Origin: an uncultured Pseudomonadota bacterium
GTDB taxonomy: Bacteria > Pseudomonadota > Alphaproteobacteria > RF32 > CAG-239
Assembly (NCBI GenBank): GCA_902788365.1
Contig: CADAJN010000008.1
Coordinates: 2,331 to 66,330, forward strand
Direction: 5' to 3'
Length of the DNA stretch: 64,000 nt
In this document: positions 10,001-19,654 of the stretch, piece after piece
How positions within the stretch are numbered: position 1 is the first letter of the stretch
Layout: each line of letters starts with the position of its first letter
Position numbers and translations under genes: made by a program
Notes under the pieces: generated by a model
The model's input: the letters and a program-made list of their open reading frames with translations, nothing else
The model's database searches: none
What the model was told of the DNA's origin: nothing

Positions 10001-11175
10001 TTGCTGTTGATGTTACCAATAGAGGATTCACCAAAAACTACCCAGTTAAGAATTGTGCCGCCCATAACATCGCCGTATTTAGTATATGCTACATTTTCAT
10101 TAAAAACAGAATTGTTGATATTTCCGATTTCTGAAAAAGCAAATACCCATGCTCCTTGAGTTGAATTTCTCATTGTATATACGGAATTATATATGGCGGC
10201 GCCGCCAACATCGCCGTTGTTGCCGTTATTGGCAGTTGAAACAACATAGTTATTTTCAAATACGGCATTTTCAATTTTCCCGATATTACCATACTGATTG
10301 GCAATAGCTCCTCCGTATGCGCCATTCATATATCTTATTTGATAAGCAGATGAATCATCAAATATAAACGAATACGGGGCTACTGCATTTGGATTGGTCA
10401 TAATAATGCCGTTAGCAATAAACTTTCCGGATATTTCATTTATAACACCTACTCCAGATGGAGTGGGCGCAGCCAGTGCTCTATATACATTAATATATGA
10501 ATTGTATATTGCGCCGCCATACGCCGAACCGTAAAAATAATTATAATGACCAACTGTTGTTGCATTATTTGATTTTATATAATTACCGATAAAAACAGCA
10601 TCAATAGAGGTTAATGTATTTACATTAGAAATACCGCCCCCGATCGGATAGAATTCCGTTTGAAAATCAACATTATTCGTGCTATAACCGATGTAATATG
10701 TATTTTTTATATACTCAACAGCCTCATGATATTCAGATGGTTTACTGATAAAAATATTGGCTGAATTCACATGATAAGCGTCATACACATCACTGGCACC
10801 GCCAAAAACTGCACCGTCTATAGTATCAAGTGTATCAGGATATCCGGGAATACGATCATCCAAAGCATCAAAATTGAAAATTTTATGGTCCTGATTTGTT
10901 GCTATTATATCGGCACCTGTTGCGTCGGCTAATCTGTGCAGTTTATAAACGCCGGTGTCGGCATCTTGTGTCCATTGATAGTAAAATGAAGATGCTCTTG
11001 TATCCGTTCCCCGACCGGTATAAGTAACCCCTTTGTAGTCGTCAATAGATGCTTGCGCCGGAGTTGCCGCAACAGCCCCCAATGCAAATAAACCCATATT
11101 AATCATAAAACATTTTTTCAAAACGCTGCGATATTGCGCAGACAACAATCCCGTAGCAGTGCGCGTATATTTCAT
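7057..11175 (-). CDS. Autotransporter adhesin with Pmp-like GGAI/FxxN passenger repeats
   Basis: Extended signal peptide, repeated GG(A/V/T)I..FxxN, C-terminal beta-barrel ending GINYQF with PQAGL. Confidence 0.9.
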   Translation of the reverse strand: MKYTRTATGLLSAQYRSVLKKCFMINMGLFALGAVAATPAQASIDDYKGVTYTGRGTDTRASSFYYQWTQDADTGVYKLHRLADATGADIIATNQDHKIFNFDALDDRIPGYPDTLDTIDGAVFGGASDVYDAYHVNSANIFISKPSEYHEAVEYIKNTYYIGYSTNNVDFQTEFYPIGGGISNVNTLTSIDAVFIGNYIKSNNATTVGHYNYFYGSAYGGAIYNSYINVYRALAAPTPSGVGVINEISGKFIANGIIMTNPNAVAPYSFIFDDSSAYQIRYMNGAYGGAIANQYGNIGKIENAVFENNYVVSTANNGNNGDVGGAAIYNSVYTMRNSTQGAWVFAFSEIGNINNSVFNENVAYTKYGDVMGGTILNWVVFGESSIGNINSNFSKNRAVSLDGDIYGGVIANMLGNPNGYATIASIGGKFNENTGSATNIYGGVIYNNDEITNGIKNAIFTDNTFTASGEGFGAAIYSRQNLTIAADNGNTLFKGNKINDVDNAVYMDNADLTVTAINGGTVTFYDTIDGSLGYKTRLTGDANSHINLYNDIKNAYVTADSANISTADGNIKEYGIYNLVADNTAKWTIDFSVEGEEADSFATTTQTGTAGKVVQIDHFNLTDKAFNEITNKNFKVQILKTQGSADAANLQLALTTQAASELGGEFVVTQEKNTVKDTVTENTDWSRNFREKGTVDTVYGTLGLATTDTLNDSIGLTTRNESGDYDESLGDTLMLVNTADLTKRNFNADQATYKVSDGVDNIGVTHIGELNINGQGKDVSTLDGNGAKLFDLSEAGTVVSLNDVKITNAKTVAKLTADDAVLNLNNVEISGNQEGIENNGTINLSGVNKITNDIAGNGTTNVNADWQMESKISGNTVNVNNAKLTAGQNNLANDVKLHATYGGNLIVGNNLVSLKTVQFDAGSQLTLNVDDLNTFGGIRANAFDIAQGAKIDITFGQDVLKGQTEVSIPLLALTDGSDINNNNFEDVFHNNMYKVKRFSDKSGIYTVEQGKTAREVSEENGGTQTNQDAAGAWVDGPSQSNPVAQGLANDLARFAQTGGQRFNEELTAIAPSESAVMNFMSETNNRIFSAVDYHLRAKNDDTESQLLYGVNIWAMPYYGKSKQKDIGKVSGYDSKSHGIIAGMDKQITQHIKLGIGGRYEETDISSKRRDYDVTTSTVFGYGEYKPSEWFVNGVVKYDFADWDEKRYAVNRTIKANYSVDVLSADIIGGYEYRKNTWFITPQAGLRWHHINRHGYTDTALQTVSGHNTGILSGVAGLHIQNNSEIKGYKIHPSLYAGITYDFNSGKDGGVVTLTNGTNYRYEGATLKRLAVEVSPSIAYDVTDKLSVAIEYTGAFRKHYHNHTASMGINYQF

Positions 11176-11437
11176 AGTTTGTTGCCTTTAATAAAGATTT
11201 AGTCCGTTTTCTATATCAAAATAATAAAAATCAAAATGATAAAACAAAGCTCAAAGAGTTAACAAATCTAATTTTAGAACTTGCGCTCTTATTGTCAATG
11301 AAAATGGGGAAGGTTGTGCACAGCAGAACATACTCATACCAAATAAAACAAGTATTCGCTTTTGCTCTTGCCTGCATTTTAAAATATTGCATTTTCAAAC
11401 TTTTTTTGCCAAAATAATCAGCAAAGGAGATATTGAT

Positions 11438-12130
11438 ATGACCGGTATTGAATATATAAAACAATCTGTTTCTAAACTGCTGCACAATGATTCAAGCGGC
11501 CACGATGACAAACATGTCTTTCGCGTTTTTGAAAATGCCATGAATTTTTGTAACGAGCTTCCTCAAGCCAACCGTGATTTGGTTGCGGCCGCCGCTTTGT
11601 TACACGATTGTGATGATTATAAGTTGTTTGGTGAAGAAAGCGCACGTTTATTAACAAATACCAGTCGTATCTTAGCAAACTCCGGATTTGACGGCGATTT
11701 TACCGATAATTGTCTTAAAATCATTAAAACAATCGGCTACAGTAAACGTTTGAGCGGAATTATCCCCGATTGCGTAGAAGGAAAAATTGTTTCCGATGCC
11801 GATATGGCAGATGCCACCGGTATCATCGGCATTATTCGTTGTATTGAATATCGCGTTCATCGCTCGGGAGGCAAGGAACCTTTTTTTGACCCCGATTATC
11901 TGCCGACAGAAATGGATGCGCAAAAATATAAACAAATAACTTATTGCCCGATCGTAAACCACTTTTTTGATAAATTGTTTCGGTTGCGCGACTTGGCCTT
12001 AACCGACCCCGGACGTAAGTGTATAGAAAAAAGACACAAGGTAATTGTCAATTTTCTGGAAAACTATTTTGATGAAACTAATGCGCCTCAGGTTTGGAAA
12101 GATTTATTGGCACAATATGCCGCAAAATAG
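11438..12130 (+). CDS. HD-domain phosphohydrolase (YedJ-like)
   Basis: SGHDDKHVFRV, ALLHDCDDYK, VSDADMADA, HFFDKL; start at ATG 11438 after AGGAG. Confidence 0.88.
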   Translation: MTGIEYIKQSVSKLLHNDSSGHDDKHVFRVFENAMNFCNELPQANRDLVAAAALLHDCDDYKLFGEESARLLTNTSRILANSGFDGDFTDNCLKIIKTIGYSKRLSGIIPDCVEGKIVSDADMADATGIIGIIRCIEYRVHRSGGKEPFFDPDYLPTEMDAQKYKQITYCPIVNHFFDKLFRLRDLALTDPGRKCIEKRHKVIVNFLENYFDETNAPQVWKDLLAQYAAK

Positions 12131-12270
12131 ATTTTTGGCCGGCACCGTTTATTCGCAAAGCTAAACTGCCCAAAAATATATAAAAAACATATAACTGCTT
12201 GTTAACATAAGATAGCCCTGCTCTTGTTTTTTATTTTTTTCTGAAATAATATGCCGGTATATTTTATGAA

Positions 12271-12831
12271 GTGGGGGAAAATATGTCATCTTTTCTACAA
12301 TTTATTAAACTGTTTATATCGGGAAAAACATTACAAGGGATTAGGTTCAGAACCAATTTATCCATCATATTGACCTTTGCAGTTCTGATTATAGAAATTG
12401 CAATATATTACATACACTGGAATTCTATTCCGAACATGATTCAATATGACTATGATTTTTCCGGCACTCCCAATAACATTTGCGAAAAAAAATGTATATG
12501 GTATAATGTTCTTCTTCAAATATTTATTTGCGTTTTTGTTTTTATATTAAAATATCTTTCATACAAAACAAAACGAATTCACCATATCGTTTATGATCAA
12601 AACAACCGCTTAATCCCGATTATGGATAAACGATTTTCTATGTTTGCGTGGGAAACAGCCATGCTTTTCGTAACCACCGAACAAGGATACATTTTTGCTC
12701 TTATTGATATGATTGAAAGCCGCATGTGCGATGATGTGGTAACAATGATATTTCTGTTTTGGCTGACTGTTCTCATTATTGAATTTCGCTCCGATTTAAA
12801 AGCATTAAAAGCCGACAGTAAAAATGCGTAA
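12271..12831 (+). CDS. Multi-pass membrane protein, DUF1648/SdpI-like N-terminal motif
   Basis: About 4 TM segments; WNSIPNMIQYDYDFSGTPN resembles the DUF1648 motif. Confidence 0.55.
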   Translation: MGENMSSFLQFIKLFISGKTLQGIRFRTNLSIILTFAVLIIEIAIYYIHWNSIPNMIQYDYDFSGTPNNICEKKCIWYNVLLQIFICVFVFILKYLSYKTKRIHHIVYDQNNRLIPIMDKRFSMFAWETAMLFVTTEQGYIFALIDMIESRMCDDVVTMIFLFWLTVLIIEFRSDLKALKADSKNA

Positions 12832-12833
12832 AA

Positions 12834-12866
12834 AAAGAGCATAACAGCACATACCGTTATGCTCTT
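12834..12866. terminator. Intrinsic terminator between convergent genes
   Basis: AAGAGCATAAC...GTTATGCTCTT inverted repeat. Confidence 0.7.
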
Positions 12867-12883
12867 AAATAAAGATTTTATGC

Positions 12884-13183
12884 TTAATTACAATAAACCG
12901 AATAGCTTTCCGGTGCATAAATTCCCATGGTCAAGCCACCAAACAACGAATCATACAATGTCCAATGAGCATCTACGGCCTTAATACCTTTTGCCGGACA
13001 AACATTAGACAGGTCATAATCCGTTTTTTGCCACATTCCCCACAAGAAGAAATGACTTCTGCCCTCGTATGCAGGTTTGGTATTTATTTCTTGTTGCGGA
13101 TTAAGATTAAAACGCATAATATGGTCACTGCCGCAAGCAGAAAGCGTCAAAGCCAGGCCAATACAAATTAAAAATTTTTTCAT
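12884..13183 (-). CDS. Bor/Iss family lipoprotein
   Basis: Lipobox LSAC, HFFLWGMWQ, VC, LTMGIYAP...VYC. Confidence 0.85.
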   Translation of the reverse strand: MKKFLICIGLALTLSACGSDHIMRFNLNPQQEINTKPAYEGRSHFFLWGMWQKTDYDLSNVCPAKGIKAVDAHWTLYDSLFGGLTMGIYAPESYSVYCN

Positions 13184-13420
13184 AGATAGTCCTCCTTCTT
13201 GGGTTATAAACTATTGCCACGTTACAATAAATGCACCAGAATGTCAACAGCCGCAAAAAAGATAGTCTGAAAACCTATTGTTATATAAAAATTTTCCCTT
13301 TCAAAACCAAAATGTTACAAAAATATGAAAAAAAACCATTTTTTAAATTATTGCTGGTATTCTGCGCCATAGTATGTTACTGTAAACTAACATAAGTATG
13401 TTCTGAAAAGGCTGAAATAT

Positions 13421-14302
13421 ATGTATATTTGGATTTTACTGGCAACAATTATGGTGGCGTTGAGCTTTTTTAATTTATCACCGCGTCGCGATAAAGATAA
13501 CGCCTACAACGAAATTAAAACCGCAACGATCATCAATCGTTTTCGGCTTGAAAATAATGCTGTTGTGCGCCTGTTGCAATGCGAAACACTGATGAATATG
13601 CACACAAAAGGCTGGGATTCGGGAGATGCCCCATATAAAATTGAATTAACCTCCACCGATGATGACGGTAACACTGTTTCCAATGATGCTTTTGATTTTG
13701 AATATACTTCACCAACCGAAAATCTGCCGGTGGGCTATCAGGCCGATCCGAACTTTCAGATTTATCATTATGTTTATTGTCTGGATATACCGGCTGAAAA
13801 TCGTAACCCGGATACCGGAGCACTTCCGGCGGTAATGCGCCCTTGTCAATACGGCTCGGCGGTGCATCCGACCTATGTTGTATCATTTGCGGTTATTCCG
13901 ATGCGCTTTCTGTCAAAAAACGCGGCAGCAGGCGAGCTGGCTGAACCGTTACCGATGTTTGTAAAATATCTGGCAGATGAAACCAAAGGCCAAGGCATTG
14001 CCGGCTGGCTTGATTGCAATGCCTCCGGAACATGCGAATTAAAAGGCAACGCATCGTATCAGGTAACAAACATTATTAACGATGAAACAAACGAGGCTGT
14101 CGGCAACAAACGCGGTGTTCTGCCGCCAAATTCGGTGCTGTTCAATAATCCGGATTTTGCAGCTACTTGCCTGACCACACAGCCATGTATGTTTTTGTAT
14201 CGCAAAATGCCGACCACTGATGAGCGTGCTTACTGCCGCCATCGCATGAATGGCTGGCAAAACCATTTGAACAACCCTCCGGAAACACCGGAACAACCTT
14301 AA
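13421..14302 (+). CDS. Membrane-anchored Cys-rich exported protein; putative type IV pilus accessory/minor pilin
   Basis: Immediate N-terminal hydrophobic helix then an amphipathic helix; co-oriented with and 44 bp upstream of the PilV-like gene. Confidence 0.55.
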   Translation: MYIWILLATIMVALSFFNLSPRRDKDNAYNEIKTATIINRFRLENNAVVRLLQCETLMNMHTKGWDSGDAPYKIELTSTDDDGNTVSNDAFDFEYTSPTENLPVGYQADPNFQIYHYVYCLDIPAENRNPDTGALPAVMRPCQYGSAVHPTYVVSFAVIPMRFLSKNAAAGELAEPLPMFVKYLADETKGQGIAGWLDCNASGTCELKGNASYQVTNIINDETNEAVGNKRGVLPPNSVLFNNPDFAATCLTTQPCMFLYRKMPTTDERAYCRHRMNGWQNHLNNPPETPEQP

Positions 14303-14346
14303 TAATTATTGGCGTGGCAAAGATATGGAACTTGAGGAGAACGACC

Positions 14347-17300
14347 ATGACAAAGTTAAATAAAAATATGCTGGAACGAGGCGGTTTAATGATTGAAGCC
14401 TTGGCCATGCTTGGCCTAATTGCCGTTGTAACACCGACAATGTATAAAAAATCGGCCGAACGCACTTTGGAAGTGGAAGATATCAACACGGCCACCACGG
14501 TTCGCACTTATATGAACGCGGTAGAGGCCTTTATGAACAACGAATACGGCACCTTGATGGGACAACCGGAATTAAATGCAGATGGTGGTGTTGCCGACCC
14601 GAATGCGCGCCGCGGCTTTTTCTATGAAAGCGCCGATGATGTCACCATCGGCCGCCCGATCGGTTCACGCGATTTCCACGGTAACGCCGGCGATCCGGTT
14701 TTGGAACTGACTGTAGACGATTTAGAGCCGTATTTGCCATACCATTTTGAAGCCAATAACCCGTTATATGACTATGCCGCACCGCAAGCACGCATTGTCA
14801 AAAACGGCAACAATTTAACCGCCTTTGTGCAATTTCCGGCGCGCCAAGGCCAGGCTGACGGCATTGGCCAAGAGCGCACGGCACGCATTGCTTCCTTAGT
14901 CGGTGCGACAGGTGGTTATGTGCTTTCCGACGGCCAACAGGCACGCGGTGTCGGTGGCGTATGGAGCTTAGACAACAACAACATGAACGCCCTGTTCGGC
15001 GGCGCCGGTAATCCGTATTCGCTCGTCACAGCTTCGGCCAATGTTGCCATGGATACCAACGGCGGCCAACTTGATAACGATAAATATCTGCAACGCACCC
15101 GCGAAGATGATACCGATGCCGAGGGCGATGAACTGTGGCGCAACACCATGCGCACTGACTTGTATATGGGCGGCAATTTGAATGAGGATTCTAACGAAAC
15201 TCAAAACACCAACGGTCAGGATAATAATACCAAACACAGCATTCGCAGCATTCAGAGCATGATCGTCGGTGCCGAAAAAGCACCTGAAGTCGGCCGCCAA
15301 AATGCCGACGGCACGCCGGTAAATGACGCAGAAGGCCACCAAGTTATGGACGAAGTAACCAATTATGGTCTATATATTTACGGCACAGGCACCGACAACA
15401 AAGATTATGCCGACGCATATATTAACGGTGCTTTACAAGCAGTTGCCAACGAACTGTATGCTTCCAAAGGTCGTATGATTGGCGAAGGCGATGCACCGGC
15501 AGAAGGCGCGCCTGACGAACGTTATGGCGGTGCTCAATTCTTATTCGGTCGTGAATCAGACAGCGAATACAACACCGAAATTCGCGGCAATGGCGATATT
15601 ATGAACATGGGCTCACAAGGCTGGATTTATGCCAATTTAATGAATGAAAATGAACAAAACAGCGTTACCATCGGCGGCGAATATGGCATCGCCATGGATT
15701 ATACTCCGGCCGGAGAAACAAGCACTGAAAACGTGCTTGATATCGCCATTGGTAACACCGTGCAAATCGGCGAACATGGTAAGAAAACCGATGGTTCCAA
15801 TCCGAGCAACATTGAAGCATCTTATGTAAATATCTTTTATGATGGCGATGCGGCAGATGAAAAAGATGCTCCGTGGGGCTATAGAACAACAACAAATGCC
15901 TCCGGAGCAGATGTTCAGGTTACTAACAAATCGTTGGTGCACGACATGTATGTGAAAACGACAACGTCAGAAGGTGTCACAACCACTACGGGGGTAGAGC
16001 CTAATTTCCCGGTAGCGATTGGCGCGAATACCAAGGTTGAAGGAACATTGGCTGCCGCGCAAATGGACACCAACAAACTCCGCGCCGCCAATTTAGAGGC
16101 CGGTTCGGAAAGAGTCGGCGATGCCAGAAAGTGGTTGAAAGCCACACAAAACGGCGTATTTATCAGATCGCCTAAGGCTTATTTAGATGACGGCACATAT
16201 GGTGCCGGACCGGGAATGAACATCATTCAAAACGGTATTCTTATGACTTCAAACCGCTCCAGATACTCTACAATGTACGAGGAAGGTTCAGAAGTTGAAG
16301 GTAACGGCGGCGGTGCATATTTAATTATGAAAGGTCCTGAAGGAAACTCCCGAGCTGAGATTGGAGCTCAATACAATCAAGGAGGTGTTAGTCGCGGCAC
16401 GCGTGTTCAAGTTGCAGGCGGCACCAACTCTGACAGCATTAACTTCGTCTTTGACGGTGGCAAAAATACCTCTATGCCGGTAAATTATAAAAACTCCAAA
16501 CTCAGTTTGACTTCAACAAACATGACCAACAATCAGATAATCATGACGGCAAATAAAAACAATGAAAAGGCCGGTGATTTAATCATTCAGGCCGATAAAG
16601 GTGATATGAGTGAAAATACCGAAGAACCAAGTCAGTTAAAAATTCGTAACTCGGAAGTCAGTATTGATATGCTCGGCAATGACTTGGTCATTCAACAAGC
16701 CGCAAGTTCACGGCGGGCAGCTCACGTTAATGATGCTGACCATAGTAATACCGCATGGAATAATAACGAATTCCGCACCATTTTCCAAGGCGGCCATGTT
16801 GTTCTCAACGAGGCTAACTTAAAAGTGTATAACAAAACAAACAAAGGCGGATTATTCGTGCGCGGCAATAGCGACACCGATTCCGGCGGTGACAGCTCGG
16901 TCGGCGCTATAACCAACTCCTATATTGACGGCGAAGACGCTAAATACATGGCGGCAATGCACGGAAACATGATTTTCACCGGTGCCGGCATGGAAAAATT
17001 TGGTACGGGTGAAGGTGCAACCGGGAAAGATCGTAGCGGCGTAAAATATGCTTCCGTCGGCGCTTATGATCGCGATGCTGCCGTTAATATTATCGCTGAT
17101 GACAGCGCCACCGGCACCAACACCAAATACGGCAGCGTCTTGGTGATTGATAAAAATATGTATTCGTCTAATGGCGGTGATTTCAGCATCAAAAGCGGTG
17201 CTAAATTAGATACCAATAACAACTATGTCGGATTTAATGATACGGCTTATGAAGCAGATTATCAGTTCCGTGATGGCGATACCCAAAAAGGCCTGATGGG

Positions 17301-18741
17301 TGGTGCCATTTATATGCGCCGCGGTATGATGGAAATTCTACCGGATTCCTACAATGCGGAAGGCGATGCCGACACCGGTGCCGGTATTGTTAAAGCTGCG
17401 CGCTTTGTGGCCAACAATAACGATTATGATACCAGCGGAAATCCGGCTTATCGCGTCCCTGTTTTGGTCAATGATGTGGCCGGCACCTACGAAGCCAGTG
17501 ACTATAAACGCTATGATACCTACATGGTCAATCCGGCTTACACCTCCGTCATGCACGATATTAAATTGACCACCCGCGGCGGTGCCCGCCTCAGCGATAT
17601 CTTGCCTGACTTTATTAACAAAGGCATTTATGTGGCCAATAACACCATTAAAGAAAATGCCAATAATCGCAAAATGGAATTTGAGCTTTCCAGCGGTCTA
17701 ACCGTAGCCGGATTTACTTCCGAAGCCAGCGTTGATGAAGCGGTTTCTCCTTATATGGGCGCTGTTCCGGCGCCGCAATGTCCGCCGGGATATGGTCGTG
17801 TGATTACAGTATCGCCGGTCAGCTTTGAAATGGCTCAGGCCGGCACACCGAAACTGACCAGCATGAACGGCACCAGCACTTTCTATGCGGCCACCGATGA
17901 CCCGTTACCGGAAAAAATGAAAACCGGAGAGGCAGGTGATTATTCATCTTCCGGCAAAGACAGCGGTTTGGTTGATGAAAAAGATAACTCAGCCGGCGAT
18001 GACGGCGGTGTTATGTCGCCAAGCCACGAGCTGAAATTCCGTGAACTGGAGTGGGATCCGTCAAATGTTGTGATAACCGCAAACGTTTCCGGCGGCGCCG
18101 ACGCCTCAGAAGCCAATAAAACCATTAAAGATATCAGCTATTCCAGCACCGGTGTTGTTGATATTTCAACCTTGGCATCCGGAAGAGATGCGGAGGGACA
18201 CGCCAGACGCGTCAAAGCCTACGTTTTGGCCACCGCAACCAACAATACGGATAACACCTTTAAACCGCTTACTTTCCAGCAAAGCACGTTCTTAAAAACC
18301 GCGGCTGTGCCTTTGGTGCAAGGGTGCACCACTCAGTTTGGTGACGGACAAGATCAAATTACTTCTAAATGCGGTGAAGGTTCTTATGTGCGTGCTTGGG
18401 GGGTTTTGATGGGCTTTATTTATCCGGAAAAATATTATAAAACCATCATCAACACATTACAGCCTGGTATCTTTGCCAATCATGGCGGCACCGAAACGTT
18501 TTATTGGAACATCTTTCCGGTATTACGCGACCACTTAGAGGCTTATGCCACGGTTTATTGCTATTATGACCGCACCGACTTATACGAGCATAATGCCAGC
18601 ACCGGTATTGCGCACGTTGATCCGTATGATCACTTGCACAATCCGCCAGCAAGCTATATGAAACAACAGACCTCAAGCCAGCAACAACAATATATTAAGC
18701 GTCTGAATGATCCGACGTTGAAATATAACGAAACATGGTAA
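14347..18741 (+). CDS. Giant type IV pilin-like adhesin (PilV/shufflon-N-like N-terminus)
   Basis: Prepilin cleavage motif ERG|GLMIE plus hydrophobic helix, IASLVGATGGYV, C-terminal VPAPQCPPGY; start at ATG 14347 after GAGGAG. Confidence 0.75.
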   Translation: MTKLNKNMLERGGLMIEALAMLGLIAVVTPTMYKKSAERTLEVEDINTATTVRTYMNAVEAFMNNEYGTLMGQPELNADGGVADPNARRGFFYESADDVTIGRPIGSRDFHGNAGDPVLELTVDDLEPYLPYHFEANNPLYDYAAPQARIVKNGNNLTAFVQFPARQGQADGIGQERTARIASLVGATGGYVLSDGQQARGVGGVWSLDNNNMNALFGGAGNPYSLVTASANVAMDTNGGQLDNDKYLQRTREDDTDAEGDELWRNTMRTDLYMGGNLNEDSNETQNTNGQDNNTKHSIRSIQSMIVGAEKAPEVGRQNADGTPVNDAEGHQVMDEVTNYGLYIYGTGTDNKDYADAYINGALQAVANELYASKGRMIGEGDAPAEGAPDERYGGAQFLFGRESDSEYNTEIRGNGDIMNMGSQGWIYANLMNENEQNSVTIGGEYGIAMDYTPAGETSTENVLDIAIGNTVQIGEHGKKTDGSNPSNIEASYVNIFYDGDAADEKDAPWGYRTTTNASGADVQVTNKSLVHDMYVKTTTSEGVTTTTGVEPNFPVAIGANTKVEGTLAAAQMDTNKLRAANLEAGSERVGDARKWLKATQNGVFIRSPKAYLDDGTYGAGPGMNIIQNGILMTSNRSRYSTMYEEGSEVEGNGGGAYLIMKGPEGNSRAEIGAQYNQGGVSRGTRVQVAGGTNSDSINFVFDGGKNTSMPVNYKNSKLSLTSTNMTNNQIIMTANKNNEKAGDLIIQADKGDMSENTEEPSQLKIRNSEVSIDMLGNDLVIQQAASSRRAAHVNDADHSNTAWNNNEFRTIFQGGHVVLNEANLKVYNKTNKGGLFVRGNSDTDSGGDSSVGAITNSYIDGEDAKYMAAMHGNMIFTGAGMEKFGTGEGATGKDRSGVKYASVGAYDRDAAVNIIADDSATGTNTKYGSVLVIDKNMYSSNGGDFSIKSGAKLDTNNNYVGFNDTAYEADYQFRDGDTQKGLMGGAIYMRRGMMEILPDSYNAEGDADTGAGIVKAARFVANNNDYDTSGNPAYRVPVLVNDVAGTYEASDYKRYDTYMVNPAYTSVMHDIKLTTRGGARLSDILPDFINKGIYVANNTIKENANNRKMEFELSSGLTVAGFTSEASVDEAVSPYMGAVPAPQCPPGYGRVITVSPVSFEMAQAGTPKLTSMNGTSTFYAATDDPLPEKMKTGEAGDYSSSGKDSGLVDEKDNSAGDDGGVMSPSHELKFRELEWDPSNVVITANVSGGADASEANKTIKDISYSSTGVVDISTLASGRDAEGHARRVKAYVLATATNNTDNTFKPLTFQQSTFLKTAAVPLVQGCTTQFGDGQDQITSKCGEGSYVRAWGVLMGFIYPEKYYKTIINTLQPGIFANHGGTETFYWNIFPVLRDHLEAYATVYCYYDRTDLYEHNASTGIAHVDPYDHLHNPPASYMKQQTSSQQQQYIKRLNDPTLKYNETW

Positions 18742-18762
18742 AATAAAACATTTTTGCCTGAC

Positions 18763-18790
18763 AAATGAGCGCTTTGAAAGCGCTCATTTT
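18763..18790 (+). terminator. Intrinsic terminator of the pilin-like operon
   Basis: AAATGAGCGCTTT GAAAGCGCTCATTTT hairpin. Confidence 0.75.
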
Positions 18791-18930
18791 CGTCATCGCT
18801 CACTTTGCGACAACACTTCAGCGCGCCAGCGCCAAATAATGTCATCGCTCATTCTTTCCCCTGTCATGCAGAGGAAGCCTTTTAAGGCTGACGAAGGCAT
18901 CCCCACGCAAAGCGCACAGGCATGACTTTA
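18791..18930. repeat. REP-like (GTCAT-footed) palindrome cluster
   Basis: GTCATCGCTCA and TGTCATGCAGAGGAAGCCTTTTAAGGCTGACGAAGGCATCCCC units, near-identical to 36354-36480 and 41300-41380. Confidence 0.85.
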
Positions 18931-19050
18931 TTATTTTATCATATACTAATCATAATTGAGCCTTATTTTTTAATGTCATTTTCCTAACCTTTCGGCTACA
19001 TTCAATTTTGCCATACCAAGCATATATTCCCCTTATCGGAGAATCAAAAA

Positions 19051-19572
19051 ATGTTCAAAGGATTGTTATTGCTCATGATTACACTTGCCAGCGGCTGCGC
19101 CCCATCAAAACCGCAAACACTAAAAGCTGACGTTTATTCCACCTCAGAATCTGCCCAATCTCTTGGCACCATATCATTTACCGATACTAAAAACGGCCTG
19201 CTTGTTGAAGTAGATTTAGAAGATTTACCTGCCGGCGAACACGGCTTTCACATTCATGAAAATCCCGACTGCGGCACCAAAGCCGACGCAACCGGCCAAA
19301 TGCAACCGGCCTTAGCCGCCGGCGGGCATTATGATCCGGCGCATACCGGTAAGCATCTCGGCCCGCACGGTGCCGGCCACAAGGGCGATTTGCCGGCACT
19401 CATGGTCAACAGCAACGGCATCGTCAAAACCGCCTTTTATCTTGATAATTTAACCACGGATGAAATCAAAAACCGCTCCGTCATCATTCATGCCGGCGGT
19501 GATAACTATCAAGACACACCCTTGCCGCTTGGCGGCGGTGGTGCGCGTATAGCTTGCGGCATTATTGAATAA
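19051..19572 (+). CDS. sodC: Cu/Zn superoxide dismutase (lipoprotein)
   Basis: HGFHIH, AGGHYDP, HLGP, GHKGDLPAL, IHAGGDNY, GGGGARIACG; lipobox ASGC. Confidence 0.96.
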   Translation: MFKGLLLLMITLASGCAPSKPQTLKADVYSTSESAQSLGTISFTDTKNGLLVEVDLEDLPAGEHGFHIHENPDCGTKADATGQMQPALAAGGHYDPAHTGKHLGPHGAGHKGDLPALMVNSNGIVKTAFYLDNLTTDEIKNRSVIIHAGGDNYQDTPLPLGGGGARIACGIIE

Positions 19573-19654
19573 AAACGCCGTCTTTAATTCTATCTTAAGG
19601 GTTTTCCATTAGAAAAAATTACTGAATCATAGTATATATACTAATTGGAAAACC

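Noticed and set aside
14347-19050. Shufflon or diversity-generating retroelement acting on the PilV-like gene
   Set aside because: No rci recombinase, alternative C-terminal cassettes, reverse transcriptase or template repeat seen; a terminator follows the gene.
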